The notes under the pieces: model-generated
Databases searched by the model: none
The model's input: only the letters and a program-made list of their open reading frames with translations
Told to the model about the DNA's origin: nothing
Assembly: GCA_965208575.1 (NCBI GenBank)
Contig: CBDBOV010000006.1
Span: 1,184,001-1,248,000 of the forward strand
Length of the DNA stretch: 64,000 bases
Source: Spirochaetia bacterium
GTDB taxonomy: Bacteria > Spirochaetota > Spirochaetia > SZUA-6 > Bin103
Direction: 5' to 3'
In this document: positions 1-8,898 of the stretch, piece after piece
How positions within the stretch are numbered: the first letter of the stretch is position 1
How the letters are laid out: the number at the start of each line of letters is the position of its first letter
Translations under genes and position numbers: made by a program

Positions 1-266
1 TGTGTTTCCGTCGCCGCGGTGGATGAGCTTACGCCCTTGATCGCTCCGGCCTCCACGCCACCAACGACGCACTCGCGGGAGAGGGTCCAGTCGATGCGGA
101 GCGCGTTGGTCGCGGCGCGACTGGGCGCGAGGCTTCCCGTGATGTCGGTTGCAGGTGCGCGAGTGCCGGCTCCCGAGCAGCCGATAAGCGCGGCGGCAGC
201 GACGACAGCCGCCAGTGCCTTCGATCGTGCAAGAGGACGCAACTCCTGTTCGCCGACCACACGCAT
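1..266 (-). CDS. Putative lipoprotein, N-terminal part (runs off the left edge)
   Basis: Manual translation, absent from the ORF track: ATG at 266, MRVVGEQELRPLARSKALAAVVAAAALIGCSGAG... It has a hydrophobic stretch, an LIGC lipobox and no stop before base 1. An AT-rich promoter-like region lies at ~305-365. Confidence 0.65.
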   Translation of the reverse strand, partial: MRVVGEQELRPLARSKALAAVVAAAALIGCSGAGTRAPATDITGSLAPSRAATNALRIDWTLSRECVVGGVEAGAIKGVSSSTAATET

Positions 267-386
267 ATCGATGTCGTGTGATCGTGGCCCGGGTCCCTAT
301 CCGACGTCAATACCATTTTCATAGCCTTTTCGTATTCTTACATAACGTTTTCATCATTATTCAGGTCACCCGCGCCCGTGCCCGTG

Positions 387-1046
387 CTATTGGCGGCTGG
401 GTGCCGTACTGCCGTGGCCGAACGTGCGCGGCGTAAACCCCGCGCGGTTGGTGATGCTGGCACTGCTGCCGGTGGCGCGAATCACGAACAGGCCGAGCCG
501 CTCGGCACGCACGTCCGACTCCTGGTAAGCTCTCAGATAGGCGACCGCCCCGTAGATCCGCCGCGAAGCGTACTCCCGCATCAGGTCGGGAAACTCGTTC
601 AACCGCCGGACGAAACGATCGATATCGGGCACCCTGAGCGTGGTCTTGACTTCCACCACCACGACCTCTTCGCCGTTGATCGCCAAGATGTCGAACTCCC
701 AGCGCCGCTCACCGTAGTTCTGCCGCGGGTTGGTTACCGTGTGCTGTACCGCGATGCCGCGCCGCTGGAGGAGCCTGATGAGGTCGCCTTCCACCAGCGA
801 CTCGATCAGCTTGCCCCACTGCCCGTTGAACAGCTCGTCCAGTTTGGCCATGCGCCGGTCGGCGGCGCGCGCCTGCCGTGTGATCAACTCGTCGGTCGCC
901 TGCAACCGCCGATCGGTCTCCTGCATGCGCCGATCGGTCTCCTGCATGCGCCGCCCAGCCTCCTGCTGCGCTGCGGAGGTCTCCCGGAGAATCTCCCAGA
1001 TCTCCTGCGGGGTCGCTGGATCTCGGTGTCCGTTGCCGTCGGTCAT
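387..1046 (-). CDS. Coiled-coil heptad-repeat (QETDRRM) PD-(D/E)XK nuclease-like protein, DUF3782-like; paralog 1
   Basis: Contains QETDRRM repeats, then GQWGKLIESLVEG and EFDILAINGEEVVVVEVK (D...EVK motif). Clearly homologous to 40223..40852 and 44205..44897. Confidence 0.8.
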   Translation of the reverse strand: MTDGNGHRDPATPQEIWEILRETSAAQQEAGRRMQETDRRMQETDRRLQATDELITRQARAADRRMAKLDELFNGQWGKLIESLVEGDLIRLLQRRGIAVQHTVTNPRQNYGERRWEFDILAINGEEVVVVEVKTTLRVPDIDRFVRRLNEFPDLMREYASRRIYGAVAYLRAYQESDVRAERLGLFVIRATGSSASITNRAGFTPRTFGHGSTAPSRQ

Positions 1047-1168
1047 CGGTACGCTCGCTCATCTCAATGTACAACAGACCGAACGTTCCGGTAAAGCCGC
1101 CGGGGCGAGCAGGTCACGTACAGCGTCGCCGAACATGTTCAGGCGGACTGCGGCCGACCGGCCGCCTG

Positions 1169-2389
1169 TCAGAAACCCCAGTCGTAGTGGGGGACCGGCA
1201 GGGCGAGGGCGGCGTCGATGGCGGACAGGAGGTCGGGCGGACCGTCGAGGTCGTCGGTCACCGCCAGCGAGGTGGCCGGCCGCACGCCGAACCAGAGACG
1301 GGTGAAGGCGCCCACGCCGGCGCTGAGCACGGGCATGCCGGGGTCGTTGCCGGGCTCCGCGCTGGAGTTGGCGCCGAGCCGCACCACGTACTCTCCGCCG
1401 ACGCCCTGCCAGCCGTCCTCCGGCAAGTAGCGCGCCACCGGATCGCTCAGCCGCAGGTTGAAGGCCACGTCGGATCGTGCGTGCACCGCTGCGATGCACG
1501 CCGGCAGGTCGAGGATGCGCGCCTGCCAGTAGGCGGCGCTCGACATGCGGTGCTCCTGCTCGGCGCGGTGGCTGCGCGAGCGGTTGCGGAACGGCCACTC
1601 CAGGAGATCCTGGATCTGGATCTGCGGCGGTTCCTGGATCTCCAGGTGGACCACCTGGTCGGACAGATCGCGCAGCAGCGCCAGCAGCTCCAGGAGCTGG
1701 TCGGTGGATTCGTAGGCGAACCACCAGACGCTGTACGGACCCTGCTCGCCCTTCGCATTGGCCCAGAAGTGGTGGCTGATGCGGTCGCCGTCGCGGTAGC
1801 CGAGCCCGAAGCCGTTGTCCGCCTCCTGCATGGCGGTGCGGGTGAAGGTGGGGTCGTGGAAGTTCACGCCGCCGTGCGGGCGCAGGCGGGCCAGGCGCCC
1901 GGCATGCACCGCTTCGGCATCGTCCACGCCGATGCGCACCGGCGGCCGCGCCCGCACCGGCACGCGCAGCGTGGCCGGGTCGAAGGTCACCTCGTGCTCG
2001 TATGCCATGGTCCCGAAACCGAGCTGGTTGTAGTAACCCTGGTCGAACATGCTCAGCCCGGCGAGCGCGGCGCCGCGCAGCGCCGCGTCGGCGAGCGCCA
2101 CCGCGGTGGTGCGGCTGGCCAGCCCCTGCCGCCGCGCCACCCGGCTGGTGGTGACTCCCGCCACCGCGGCGAACGGCAGCTCGCCCTGCTGGTAGCGCAG
2201 CGCACCGCTGTACATCAGCACGCCGCACTCTGCGGCGCCGTTCTGCTCGGCCACGAAGCCGCGGCTGGCGGCGGCGAAGGTGTCGAAGATCTGCTCCTTC
2301 TCCTTCTCCTTGCCGACCCAGCCCACTTCCCGGAACACGCGCAACAGGTTGTCGCGGTCGCGCTGGTGGTCGTAACGCCGAATGATCAT
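1169..2389 (-). CDS. Eis-like GNAT acetyltransferase with C-terminal SCP2-like domain
   Basis: Acetyl-CoA motif VAGVTTSRVARRQGLA, then YYNQLGF, ending P-x-YDWGF. Start trimmed to MIIRRYD. Confidence 0.8.
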   Translation of the reverse strand: MIIRRYDHQRDRDNLLRVFREVGWVGKEKEKEQIFDTFAAASRGFVAEQNGAAECGVLMYSGALRYQQGELPFAAVAGVTTSRVARRQGLASRTTAVALADAALRGAALAGLSMFDQGYYNQLGFGTMAYEHEVTFDPATLRVPVRARPPVRIGVDDAEAVHAGRLARLRPHGGVNFHDPTFTRTAMQEADNGFGLGYRDGDRISHHFWANAKGEQGPYSVWWFAYESTDQLLELLALLRDLSDQVVHLEIQEPPQIQIQDLLEWPFRNRSRSHRAEQEHRMSSAAYWQARILDLPACIAAVHARSDVAFNLRLSDPVARYLPEDGWQGVGGEYVVRLGANSSAEPGNDPGMPVLSAGVGAFTRLWFGVRPATSLAVTDDLDGPPDLLSAIDAALALPVPHYDWGF

Positions 2390-2393
2390 CCGA

Positions 2394-4052
2394 TTAACTC
2401 CCGGTGGATTGGTCGGTCGCGAAGCGCGGCTTGGCAGCGGCGGGCGGAGCACTGTCCGCCGCACGGACCGGGGAGCCGTCCGGGGTCGGCGGGCGAGCGG
2501 CGCCGGCTTCCGAGCCGCCGGGGCCGTGGTCTGGCGCCCCCGCCGCGGGTCCTGGCCGCCCGGCGAAGCCGGCGCCGCCGTCCGCGGCCCCGTCTGCCAC
2601 GGCGCCCTCCGGCTGCGGACCCCGCGGCGCGCCGGGCGGACCGTGGCCGCCGCCTCTGCCGGGACCGCCGCCGGGCCGCGCACCTCCCCACGCCGTCGGC
2701 GGCGCGCTCAGGACGGCGCCGAATGTTCGCCTGAGCAGGAGGTAACCGAAGGCGAACGAGACGAGGTTGGCGGTCACGATGATCCACCACACGCCGGTGA
2801 TCGAGCCGCCGGGGGCCACCGCCCGCGTCACGAGCGCGGTGCCGCCGACCAGGATCGCCATGCGGGTGGCCGACACGGCAAACCCCCGCCACGACTTTCC
2901 GAGTCCCTGAAACGAGCTCACCACCACGAACGACGCCGCCACGATGCCGTAGGTGAGCGGGATCATCGCCAGGTAGGAGCGGGTATAGCCGGTCACCACC
3001 GGATCGTCGGTGAATACGCCGACGATGGCGCCGCGGGCGAGGAACGCGACCAGTCCCACGGCAGAGCCGATGCCGAACGCGAACAGCAGTGCGGTGTGAT
3101 ACGACGCACGGGCGCGGTCGGGGCGGCCGCCGCCGATATTCTGGCCGATCATCGCCATGGCCGCGACGCCGAACCCGATCGCCGGCAGGAACGAGAAGAA
3201 CTCGATGCGGAAGCCGATCGACAGCCCGACCACGCCGGCTTCCAGGAACGCCAGCGCCACCAGCGAGTTGAGGGCGGCCAGTCCGGCCGGGCCGAGCACG
3301 TTGGTCAGCGCCGCGGGGAAGCCGATCGCCAGCACCTGCCGCACCGAGCGCAGCCGGAACACCAGGTTGCGGAAGCGGAACTTCACCATCATGTCGCGCT
3401 GATGCAGCAGGGTGATGCCGGCGATCACCAGCAGGATCTGGGAGATGATGGTGGCGTAGGCGGCGCCGCGTACGCCGAACGCGGGAATGCCGAAACCGCC
3501 GAAGATCAGCAGCGGATCGAGCGCCGCGTTGATGGTGGTGGAGATGGCGAACAGCCAGGTGACGGTGCGGTTGTCGCCCTGCGAGTTGAACCCGAAGATC
3601 ACCGCGAAGAAGATGAACATCAGCACCGAGCCGCCGGCCACGATGGTGAAGTAGTCGACCGCCAGGGGCAGGATGTCGCCGGTGGCGCCGGTCAGGGTGA
3701 GCAGCTTGCGGCGCAGGCTGAGGGAGATGGTGGTGAAGCACGCGGCGGCGATGAAGTTGAGCACGAACGACTGCCCCATCACCCGCTCCGCCTCGGGGAT
3801 GTCGCGCCGCCCGATGCTCATCGCCATCACCACGCCGGAACCGACCGTGATGCCGATGGTGAGCGAGACCATCACGAACAGGGTGATTTGCGACACCGTG
3901 ACCGCGGCAATGGCGCTGTCGGAGAGGCGGCTGACCCAGAACGCGTCCACCAGTTGGTAGAGGGTCTGAAAGAAGATGGACAGCATCACCGGCCAGGCCA
4001 GCGACCAGCTCAGCGATGGGATCGACCCGGTGGTGAGGACGCGTCCGCGCAT
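2394..4052 (-). CDS. MATE family efflux transporter with Gly/Pro/Ala-rich C-terminal tail
   Basis: LAWPVMLS...YQLVDAFWVSRL, LDPLLIFG, GVRGAAYAT and GQNIGG motifs; about 12 TM segments. Confidence 0.92.
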   Translation of the reverse strand: MRGRVLTTGSIPSLSWSLAWPVMLSIFFQTLYQLVDAFWVSRLSDSAIAAVTVSQITLFVMVSLTIGITVGSGVVMAMSIGRRDIPEAERVMGQSFVLNFIAAACFTTISLSLRRKLLTLTGATGDILPLAVDYFTIVAGGSVLMFIFFAVIFGFNSQGDNRTVTWLFAISTTINAALDPLLIFGGFGIPAFGVRGAAYATIISQILLVIAGITLLHQRDMMVKFRFRNLVFRLRSVRQVLAIGFPAALTNVLGPAGLAALNSLVALAFLEAGVVGLSIGFRIEFFSFLPAIGFGVAAMAMIGQNIGGGRPDRARASYHTALLFAFGIGSAVGLVAFLARGAIVGVFTDDPVVTGYTRSYLAMIPLTYGIVAASFVVVSSFQGLGKSWRGFAVSATRMAILVGGTALVTRAVAPGGSITGVWWIIVTANLVSFAFGYLLLRRTFGAVLSAPPTAWGGARPGGGPGRGGGHGPPGAPRGPQPEGAVADGAADGGAGFAGRPGPAAGAPDHGPGGSEAGAARPPTPDGSPVRAADSAPPAAAKPRFATDQSTGS

Positions 4053-4119
4053 GACCGGCGTAACCTACCAAGTTAACCGATGGGCCGGCAACGAAAGCCG
4101 GCCAGCACGTGCCAGCACG

Positions 4120-4728
4120 CTACCCGGATGTGATGCCGGCGGACTCCAGGAGCGTGCGAACGGCGGTCCGGTACTCGATGGCACGCGCGGCGTTGCGGGC
4201 GGACGGAGACATCTTGCGCCACGTCCTGGTGAGGATGTCGGCCACCTTGGCGGGCGGATGCTTGCCGGCAAAGGGCTCCAGGTAGTGCTCCAGGAATACC
4301 AGGCAGGCGCAATCCTCCAGCGCCTGCACGTCGCTGTCCGGCATGGCGCGGGCCAGCCCTTCCTTGCGCAGCAGCGCCGCCGCGGCCGCAATCGTGTCGC
4401 CGTCGAACCCTGCCTCCCGCATCAACTCCGCCGTGCGCTCGGCGTGGTGCGCCCCCAGCGTGGTGCGCCAGCGCAGGTACCCGGTGCGCCCCGGCGGGAA
4501 CCGGTCACGCGGAATCGCCCACCGCTCCAGGTGCTGCGCCCGCGCCGCGATGCGCAGCGCCGGTGAAGCATCCGGGCGCAGCCGCTCCAGCCAGCCGCTC
4601 ATGCGCCGCGCGTAGAGCAACTCCTTGGCGTGCTCCACGCCGCCCTCGTTCTCGGTATGGGGATCCTCGCCGTTCGCCGCGTCGATCCGTGCCAGGAGCG
4701 CGTGCAGGCGCCCCGTCTCCGCGTCCAT
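4120..4728 (-). CDS. DUF4202 domain protein
   Basis: IDAANGEDP, ELLYARRM, AARAQHLERW, Q-LED-ACLVFL and TWRKMS motifs. Confidence 0.85.
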   Translation of the reverse strand: MDAETGRLHALLARIDAANGEDPHTENEGGVEHAKELLYARRMSGWLERLRPDASPALRIAARAQHLERWAIPRDRFPPGRTGYLRWRTTLGAHHAERTAELMREAGFDGDTIAAAAALLRKEGLARAMPDSDVQALEDCACLVFLEHYLEPFAGKHPPAKVADILTRTWRKMSPSARNAARAIEYRTAVRTLLESAGITSG

Positions 4729-4856
4729 GACCCACAGGGTAGCAGGGCTGCAGCGCCCTTTGCACACGCGTCACACACGTCGCCGGGACTCGGCCGAAAC
4801 GTGCCGCTGCCGCTATGGTACCTTCCTGCCCGATTCTCATCCGATTGGAGTAGCTC

Positions 4857-5519
4857 ATGAGGACTGACCAGCCCGTGAAGACGGCCGTGATCACCGGGGG
4901 GCACGGCTTCGACGTGGTGAATTTCCACCACCTGTTCCAGGCGTTGCCGGGCGTGCGCGCCTACGTACAGCACATGGAAGACTTTGCAACGACCTCCGAA
5001 CAGCAGCGCGATGCCTACGAGTGCGTCGTGTTCTACACCATGCTGCGGGAAGAACCGCACGACGAGGGACTGCCGGGATACGCCGGCAAGCCGCGCGCGG
5101 CGCTCGAGCACCTCGGCGAGACCCGCCAGGGCATCCTCCTTCTCCACCACGCGATCCTGGGCACCCCGCAGTGGCCGCTGTGGGACGCGATGGTGGGCAT
5201 CGACGACCGTTCGTTCGGCTATCACCACGACCAGTCGCTGCACGTGGAGATGGCGGCCCGGGAGCACCCGATCACCCGCGGAGTCGCGGCGTGGGAGATG
5301 ATCGACGAGACCTACACCATGGCCGACGCCGGGGAGGACAGCGAGGTGCTGCTCACCACCGACCACCCGCGCAGCATGCGCACGCTCGCCTGGACCCGCG
5401 CCCACAAGAACGCGCGCGTATTCTGCTTCCAGTCCGGCCACGACAACCAGACCTGGGAGAACGCCGCCTTCCGCGAGATCCTGCGCCGCGGCATCCACTG
5501 GTGCGCACGCCGCATCTGA
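4857..5519 (+). CDS. ThuA-like domain protein (class I glutamine amidotransferase-like fold)
   Basis: ITGGHGFD, HPITRG, DETY and AW-R...RVF-FQSGHD...RGIHW motifs; GGAG RBS. Confidence 0.85.
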   Translation: MRTDQPVKTAVITGGHGFDVVNFHHLFQALPGVRAYVQHMEDFATTSEQQRDAYECVVFYTMLREEPHDEGLPGYAGKPRAALEHLGETRQGILLLHHAILGTPQWPLWDAMVGIDDRSFGYHHDQSLHVEMAAREHPITRGVAAWEMIDETYTMADAGEDSEVLLTTDHPRSMRTLAWTRAHKNARVFCFQSGHDNQTWENAAFREILRRGIHWCARRI

Positions 5520-5563
5520 CTCGCCGGCAACAGGATCCCAGCCGCTTGTCGTCCCTCTCGCCC

Positions 5564-6265
5564 CTATTGTCCCGTTATGGCCAGGGTGCCCGGCGGATCG
5601 CCGATCTGGTAGGGTCGATACCCGTCTTCCGCAGTCTTACCTTCGTCGATGTATCCATAGAGGTCTGTCCAAGGGTCCAGCTCCACGGCCATGTGGACCC
5701 CGGTACCCATCCCCCGGGAAGGGTAGTCGAAGGTAGCCGCACCCGGGCTGAACCCGATGATGAACTTCCAAGTGTCCCCGCCGATCTGATTGGTGAATGT
5801 TATGACGAGGCGCTTCGTCAGGTCGTCGCCCGTACGCGTGAACCGGACTACACTCCGAGTTACCTCTTCGGGTTGTTGGTTCACGTAGGTCGTGACCGTG
5901 ACTGTTGCTGCAGCCACCGTAATCATCGGCCCGGTGTTCGTTGGAAGCGCCCGGTTGCAGGAGGAGCAGCCGTGAACGCCCGGGTGGGGGTGTCTGCCCC
6001 GTGGGGACGGGATGGGCGGGTTAGGGTTAGTGTTAGTAGGCGTGTCGGGTTCGACCGCGGACGGTGGATTCGCCGTCGGCGTGCCATCCGGGGTTTCCGG
6101 CTCAGGTGCCGGTTCGGGCGCTCCGGCCGGAGCGCTGGCCACCTCCGCCGGCGCCTCCGCCGGCGCCTCGTTCGCTTGGTCGAGCACAGCCTCCGAACAT
6201 GACAACAGCGCCAATACCCCAATAAGGGCAATTCCGTACCGCCCGGCGAAACTCATAGCCTTCAT
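5564..6265 (-). CDS. Hypothetical lipoprotein with Pro/Ala/Glu-rich linker (lower-GC cassette)
   Basis: GGAGG RBS before MKAMSFAGRYGIALIGVLALLSC (lipobox), a PAE/PE repeat linker and a beta-rich C-terminal domain. AT-rich upstream region at 6345-6420. Confidence 0.7.
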   Translation of the reverse strand: MKAMSFAGRYGIALIGVLALLSCSEAVLDQANEAPAEAPAEVASAPAGAPEPAPEPETPDGTPTANPPSAVEPDTPTNTNPNPPIPSPRGRHPHPGVHGCSSCNRALPTNTGPMITVAAATVTVTTYVNQQPEEVTRSVVRFTRTGDDLTKRLVITFTNQIGGDTWKFIIGFSPGAATFDYPSRGMGTGVHMAVELDPWTDLYGYIDEGKTAEDGYRPYQIGDPPGTLAITGQ

Positions 6266-6587
6266 TCTGCTTCCTCCCGCTTCTGTGTCCTCGTTTTGTC
6301 GCCGTGTCGTCGGAGCAAAGCGTGTGATTCTGACACTCGGACACGCATAAAGCGTTTCGAACATGGTATATCCATATTAACGACGTTGTAAAGGGCACAT
6401 CGTACAATTATCGTATCCTACGGGTGCGGGTGGGCGCTTCGAGAGTTGCGCGATGCGGTGGAGGCCCGGCTCCCGGCGCGGCCGCTCCGGCAGGAACGCC
6501 GGCAGGGCCAGCGTCCGCCGGCAACGAGGTGTGCGCAGCGCCGCGATGCTCGGCACTGACGCCGGCCGCGGGGCGTCGAACTCTTCC

Positions 6588-7892
6588 TCAGGTGATCCCG
6601 CGCCGCGCTCGTACCGGCATTTCGGTTACGGCGATCTGCGCGTGCAGCCGCAGGATCGCCTCGCGGGTGACCGCGCCCGGCGTTGCAGTGAGGCAGTTGG
6701 CGGTGCCGCACGCCACCGCGAACCGCACCGCCGCGGCCAGATCGATGCGCAACGGCGCCGGCGGTGCGCCGGGAGCGGTGCTCGGGGCGGCCGCAACGGT
6801 TGCGGAATCGCCGGCCGCGCCGATCAGCGCCGCCGCCACGCCGGCCGATGCTGCGTCGCCGCTGCCGATCGGGTTGACCGCCGGCACGGCGGGGGCGGCC
6901 GCCCGTAGCAGGCGCCGCCCGTCGCACGCCTCGATCCCCTCCGCCCCGGCGCTCACGATCACCCACCGCACGCCGTACCGGGCACACAGGTCTCGATAGA
7001 CCGCGATGCGGGCCGGCTCGGTATCGACCGCCGTAGCGGCCAGCTCGGCCAGTTCGGCCCGGTTGATCTTGACGATCGTCGGCGCCGCCGCCAGCGCCGC
7101 GCGGCCGTGGTCGTGGTAGGAGTCGAGCAGCGTCACCACGCCGCGCCGACGGGCACGCCGCACCATCTCCGCGTACACCTCGCGGTCAGCCCCGCCGATC
7201 GCGCTGCCGGCAATCACCACCACGCTCGCCTGCTCAAGCAGCCGGTCATACGCGGCAGCGAACCGCTCCTGCTCGCCGGCACTTGCCACTACCGCCGGCT
7301 CCACCAGCTCGGTAGCTTGCCGCGCTGCGGCAACCGGGTCGCCGTCGCGTTCGCCCGCTCTCGCCGCTTGCGGCGGTCCTCCCGGTTCCTTGACTTGGCG
7401 CGCCTCGCCACCGCCGGCAAACGCGTCGGCGCTCGTCGTTACCGCCGGCTCCGTGGTCTGGCCCGCTCCGCGCTCGCCGCCGGCATCTCGGTGTTGGTGG
7501 CCGCCGGCTTCACGGGGTGCACGCGCTGACCGACCCAGGAACGCGGGCCCATCGGCGCCGGTACGTCGATGCCCGGCCTGTTCGGCGTCCCGGGGCGGCG
7601 TTGCCGACTCCAGCAGGGTCACGCAGGTGCGGGTGTCCGCGGCCGTGTCGATCACCTTGGTGGCAATGCCTTCGCGCTGCAGCTCCCGGCGCACGCGCAT
7701 GCCGTTGGGGCCGCCGAGGTACGCGAGCAGCGTGGCCGGCGCCTGCAGGGCGGCGAGCACCCGCGCCACGTTCACGCCCTTGCCCGCCGCCGAGCGATGC
7801 ACCTCGCGCACCCGGTTCACGGCGCCTGGGGTCACGGCATCGAAATGGTAGGTGAGCTGCCAGGCATTGTTATGGCCGCACACCAGGATCAT
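6588..7892 (-). CDS. PfkB-family (1-phosphofructokinase/tagatose-6-P kinase-like) sugar kinase with ~90-aa low-complexity insertion
   Basis: AAGKGVNVARVL, TRTCVT, KINRAEL and VNPIGSGDA (PfkB signature) motifs. Confidence 0.88.
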   Translation of the reverse strand: MILVCGHNNAWQLTYHFDAVTPGAVNRVREVHRSAAGKGVNVARVLAALQAPATLLAYLGGPNGMRVRRELQREGIATKVIDTAADTRTCVTLLESATPPRDAEQAGHRRTGADGPAFLGRSARAPREAGGHQHRDAGGERGAGQTTEPAVTTSADAFAGGGEARQVKEPGGPPQAARAGERDGDPVAAARQATELVEPAVVASAGEQERFAAAYDRLLEQASVVVIAGSAIGGADREVYAEMVRRARRRGVVTLLDSYHDHGRAALAAAPTIVKINRAELAELAATAVDTEPARIAVYRDLCARYGVRWVIVSAGAEGIEACDGRRLLRAAAPAVPAVNPIGSGDAASAGVAAALIGAAGDSATVAAAPSTAPGAPPAPLRIDLAAAVRFAVACGTANCLTATPGAVTREAILRLHAQIAVTEMPVRARRGIT

Positions 7893-7952
7893 GCTCTCTC
7901 CCTCCCTTGCGCCGCCGGCGCCTGCCTCCCTACCCTACCGCAGACTGCTGCC

Positions 7953-8834
7953 ATGAAACTGCTCGGCGCTCACGTATCCACCGCCGGCGGCGTGCACACG
8001 GCGCCGGAACGCGCCCGCGGCCTCGGCGCCGACACGTTCGCCATCTTCACCCGCAACCAGCGGCGCTGGGCCGCCAAGCCGCTCACCGACGACGAGGCGG
8101 CCGCGTTCCGGGAACAGTGCGCGGCGTACCGCTTCCCGCTGCACCACGTGCTGCCGCACGCCGGCTACCTGATCAACCTCGGCGCCCCCGACGAGGAGAT
8201 CGTCCGCAAGTCGCAGGCGGGCTTCCTGGACGAGTTCGCGCGCTGCCGCCGGCTCGGCCTGCGCTACCTGAACTTCCACCCCGGCAGCCACCTGGGCCGG
8301 ATGAGCGACGCAGCCTGCACCGCGCAGATCACCGCCTTCCTGAACCGCGCGCTGGCCGAGATTCCCGGCGTGGTCGCCGTGTACGAGAGCACCGCCGGCC
8401 AGGGCAGCCACCTCGGCCACACCTTCGCCCAGCTCGCCGCCCTCATCGACGGCATCGACGACAAGGCGCGCATCGGCGTGTGCCTGGACACCTGCCACCT
8501 GCACGCCGCCGGCTACGACCTCACTACCGCGGCGGCCTACGAGCGCACCATGCGCGAGTTCGAGCAGGTGGTCGGCCTGCGCTTCCTGGTCGGCGCCCAC
8601 CTGAACGACTCCAAGACTCCGCTCGGCAGCCGCGTGGACCGCCACGAAAGCCTCGGCAAGGGCACCATGGGCTGGGAGCCGTTCCGGCTGCTGATGAACG
8701 ACCCCCGCTTCGACGGCAAGCCGCTGATCACCGAAACCGTCGACCAGGACCTGTGGGCCGCAGAACTGACTCAGCTCCGAGCCCTGGCTTCGGAAGCTGG
8801 CAGCGAGAATCCCCCTCCGGTCACATCCGCTTGA
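7953..8834 (+). CDS. nfo: Endonuclease IV (AP endonuclease)
   Basis: LGAHVSTAGG, PHAGYLINL, NFHPGSH, TAGQG, GVCLDTCH and HLNDSK...SRVDRHESLG motifs. Confidence 0.96.
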   Translation: MKLLGAHVSTAGGVHTAPERARGLGADTFAIFTRNQRRWAAKPLTDDEAAAFREQCAAYRFPLHHVLPHAGYLINLGAPDEEIVRKSQAGFLDEFARCRRLGLRYLNFHPGSHLGRMSDAACTAQITAFLNRALAEIPGVVAVYESTAGQGSHLGHTFAQLAALIDGIDDKARIGVCLDTCHLHAAGYDLTTAAAYERTMREFEQVVGLRFLVGAHLNDSKTPLGSRVDRHESLGKGTMGWEPFRLLMNDPRFDGKPLITETVDQDLWAAELTQLRALASEAGSENPPPVTSA

Positions 8835-8898
8835 GCATCGCCGACCGGAGCGCTCCGACGCGGGTGGGAACGCCGAAAGCGGTAGCCGTGGACCGAAA

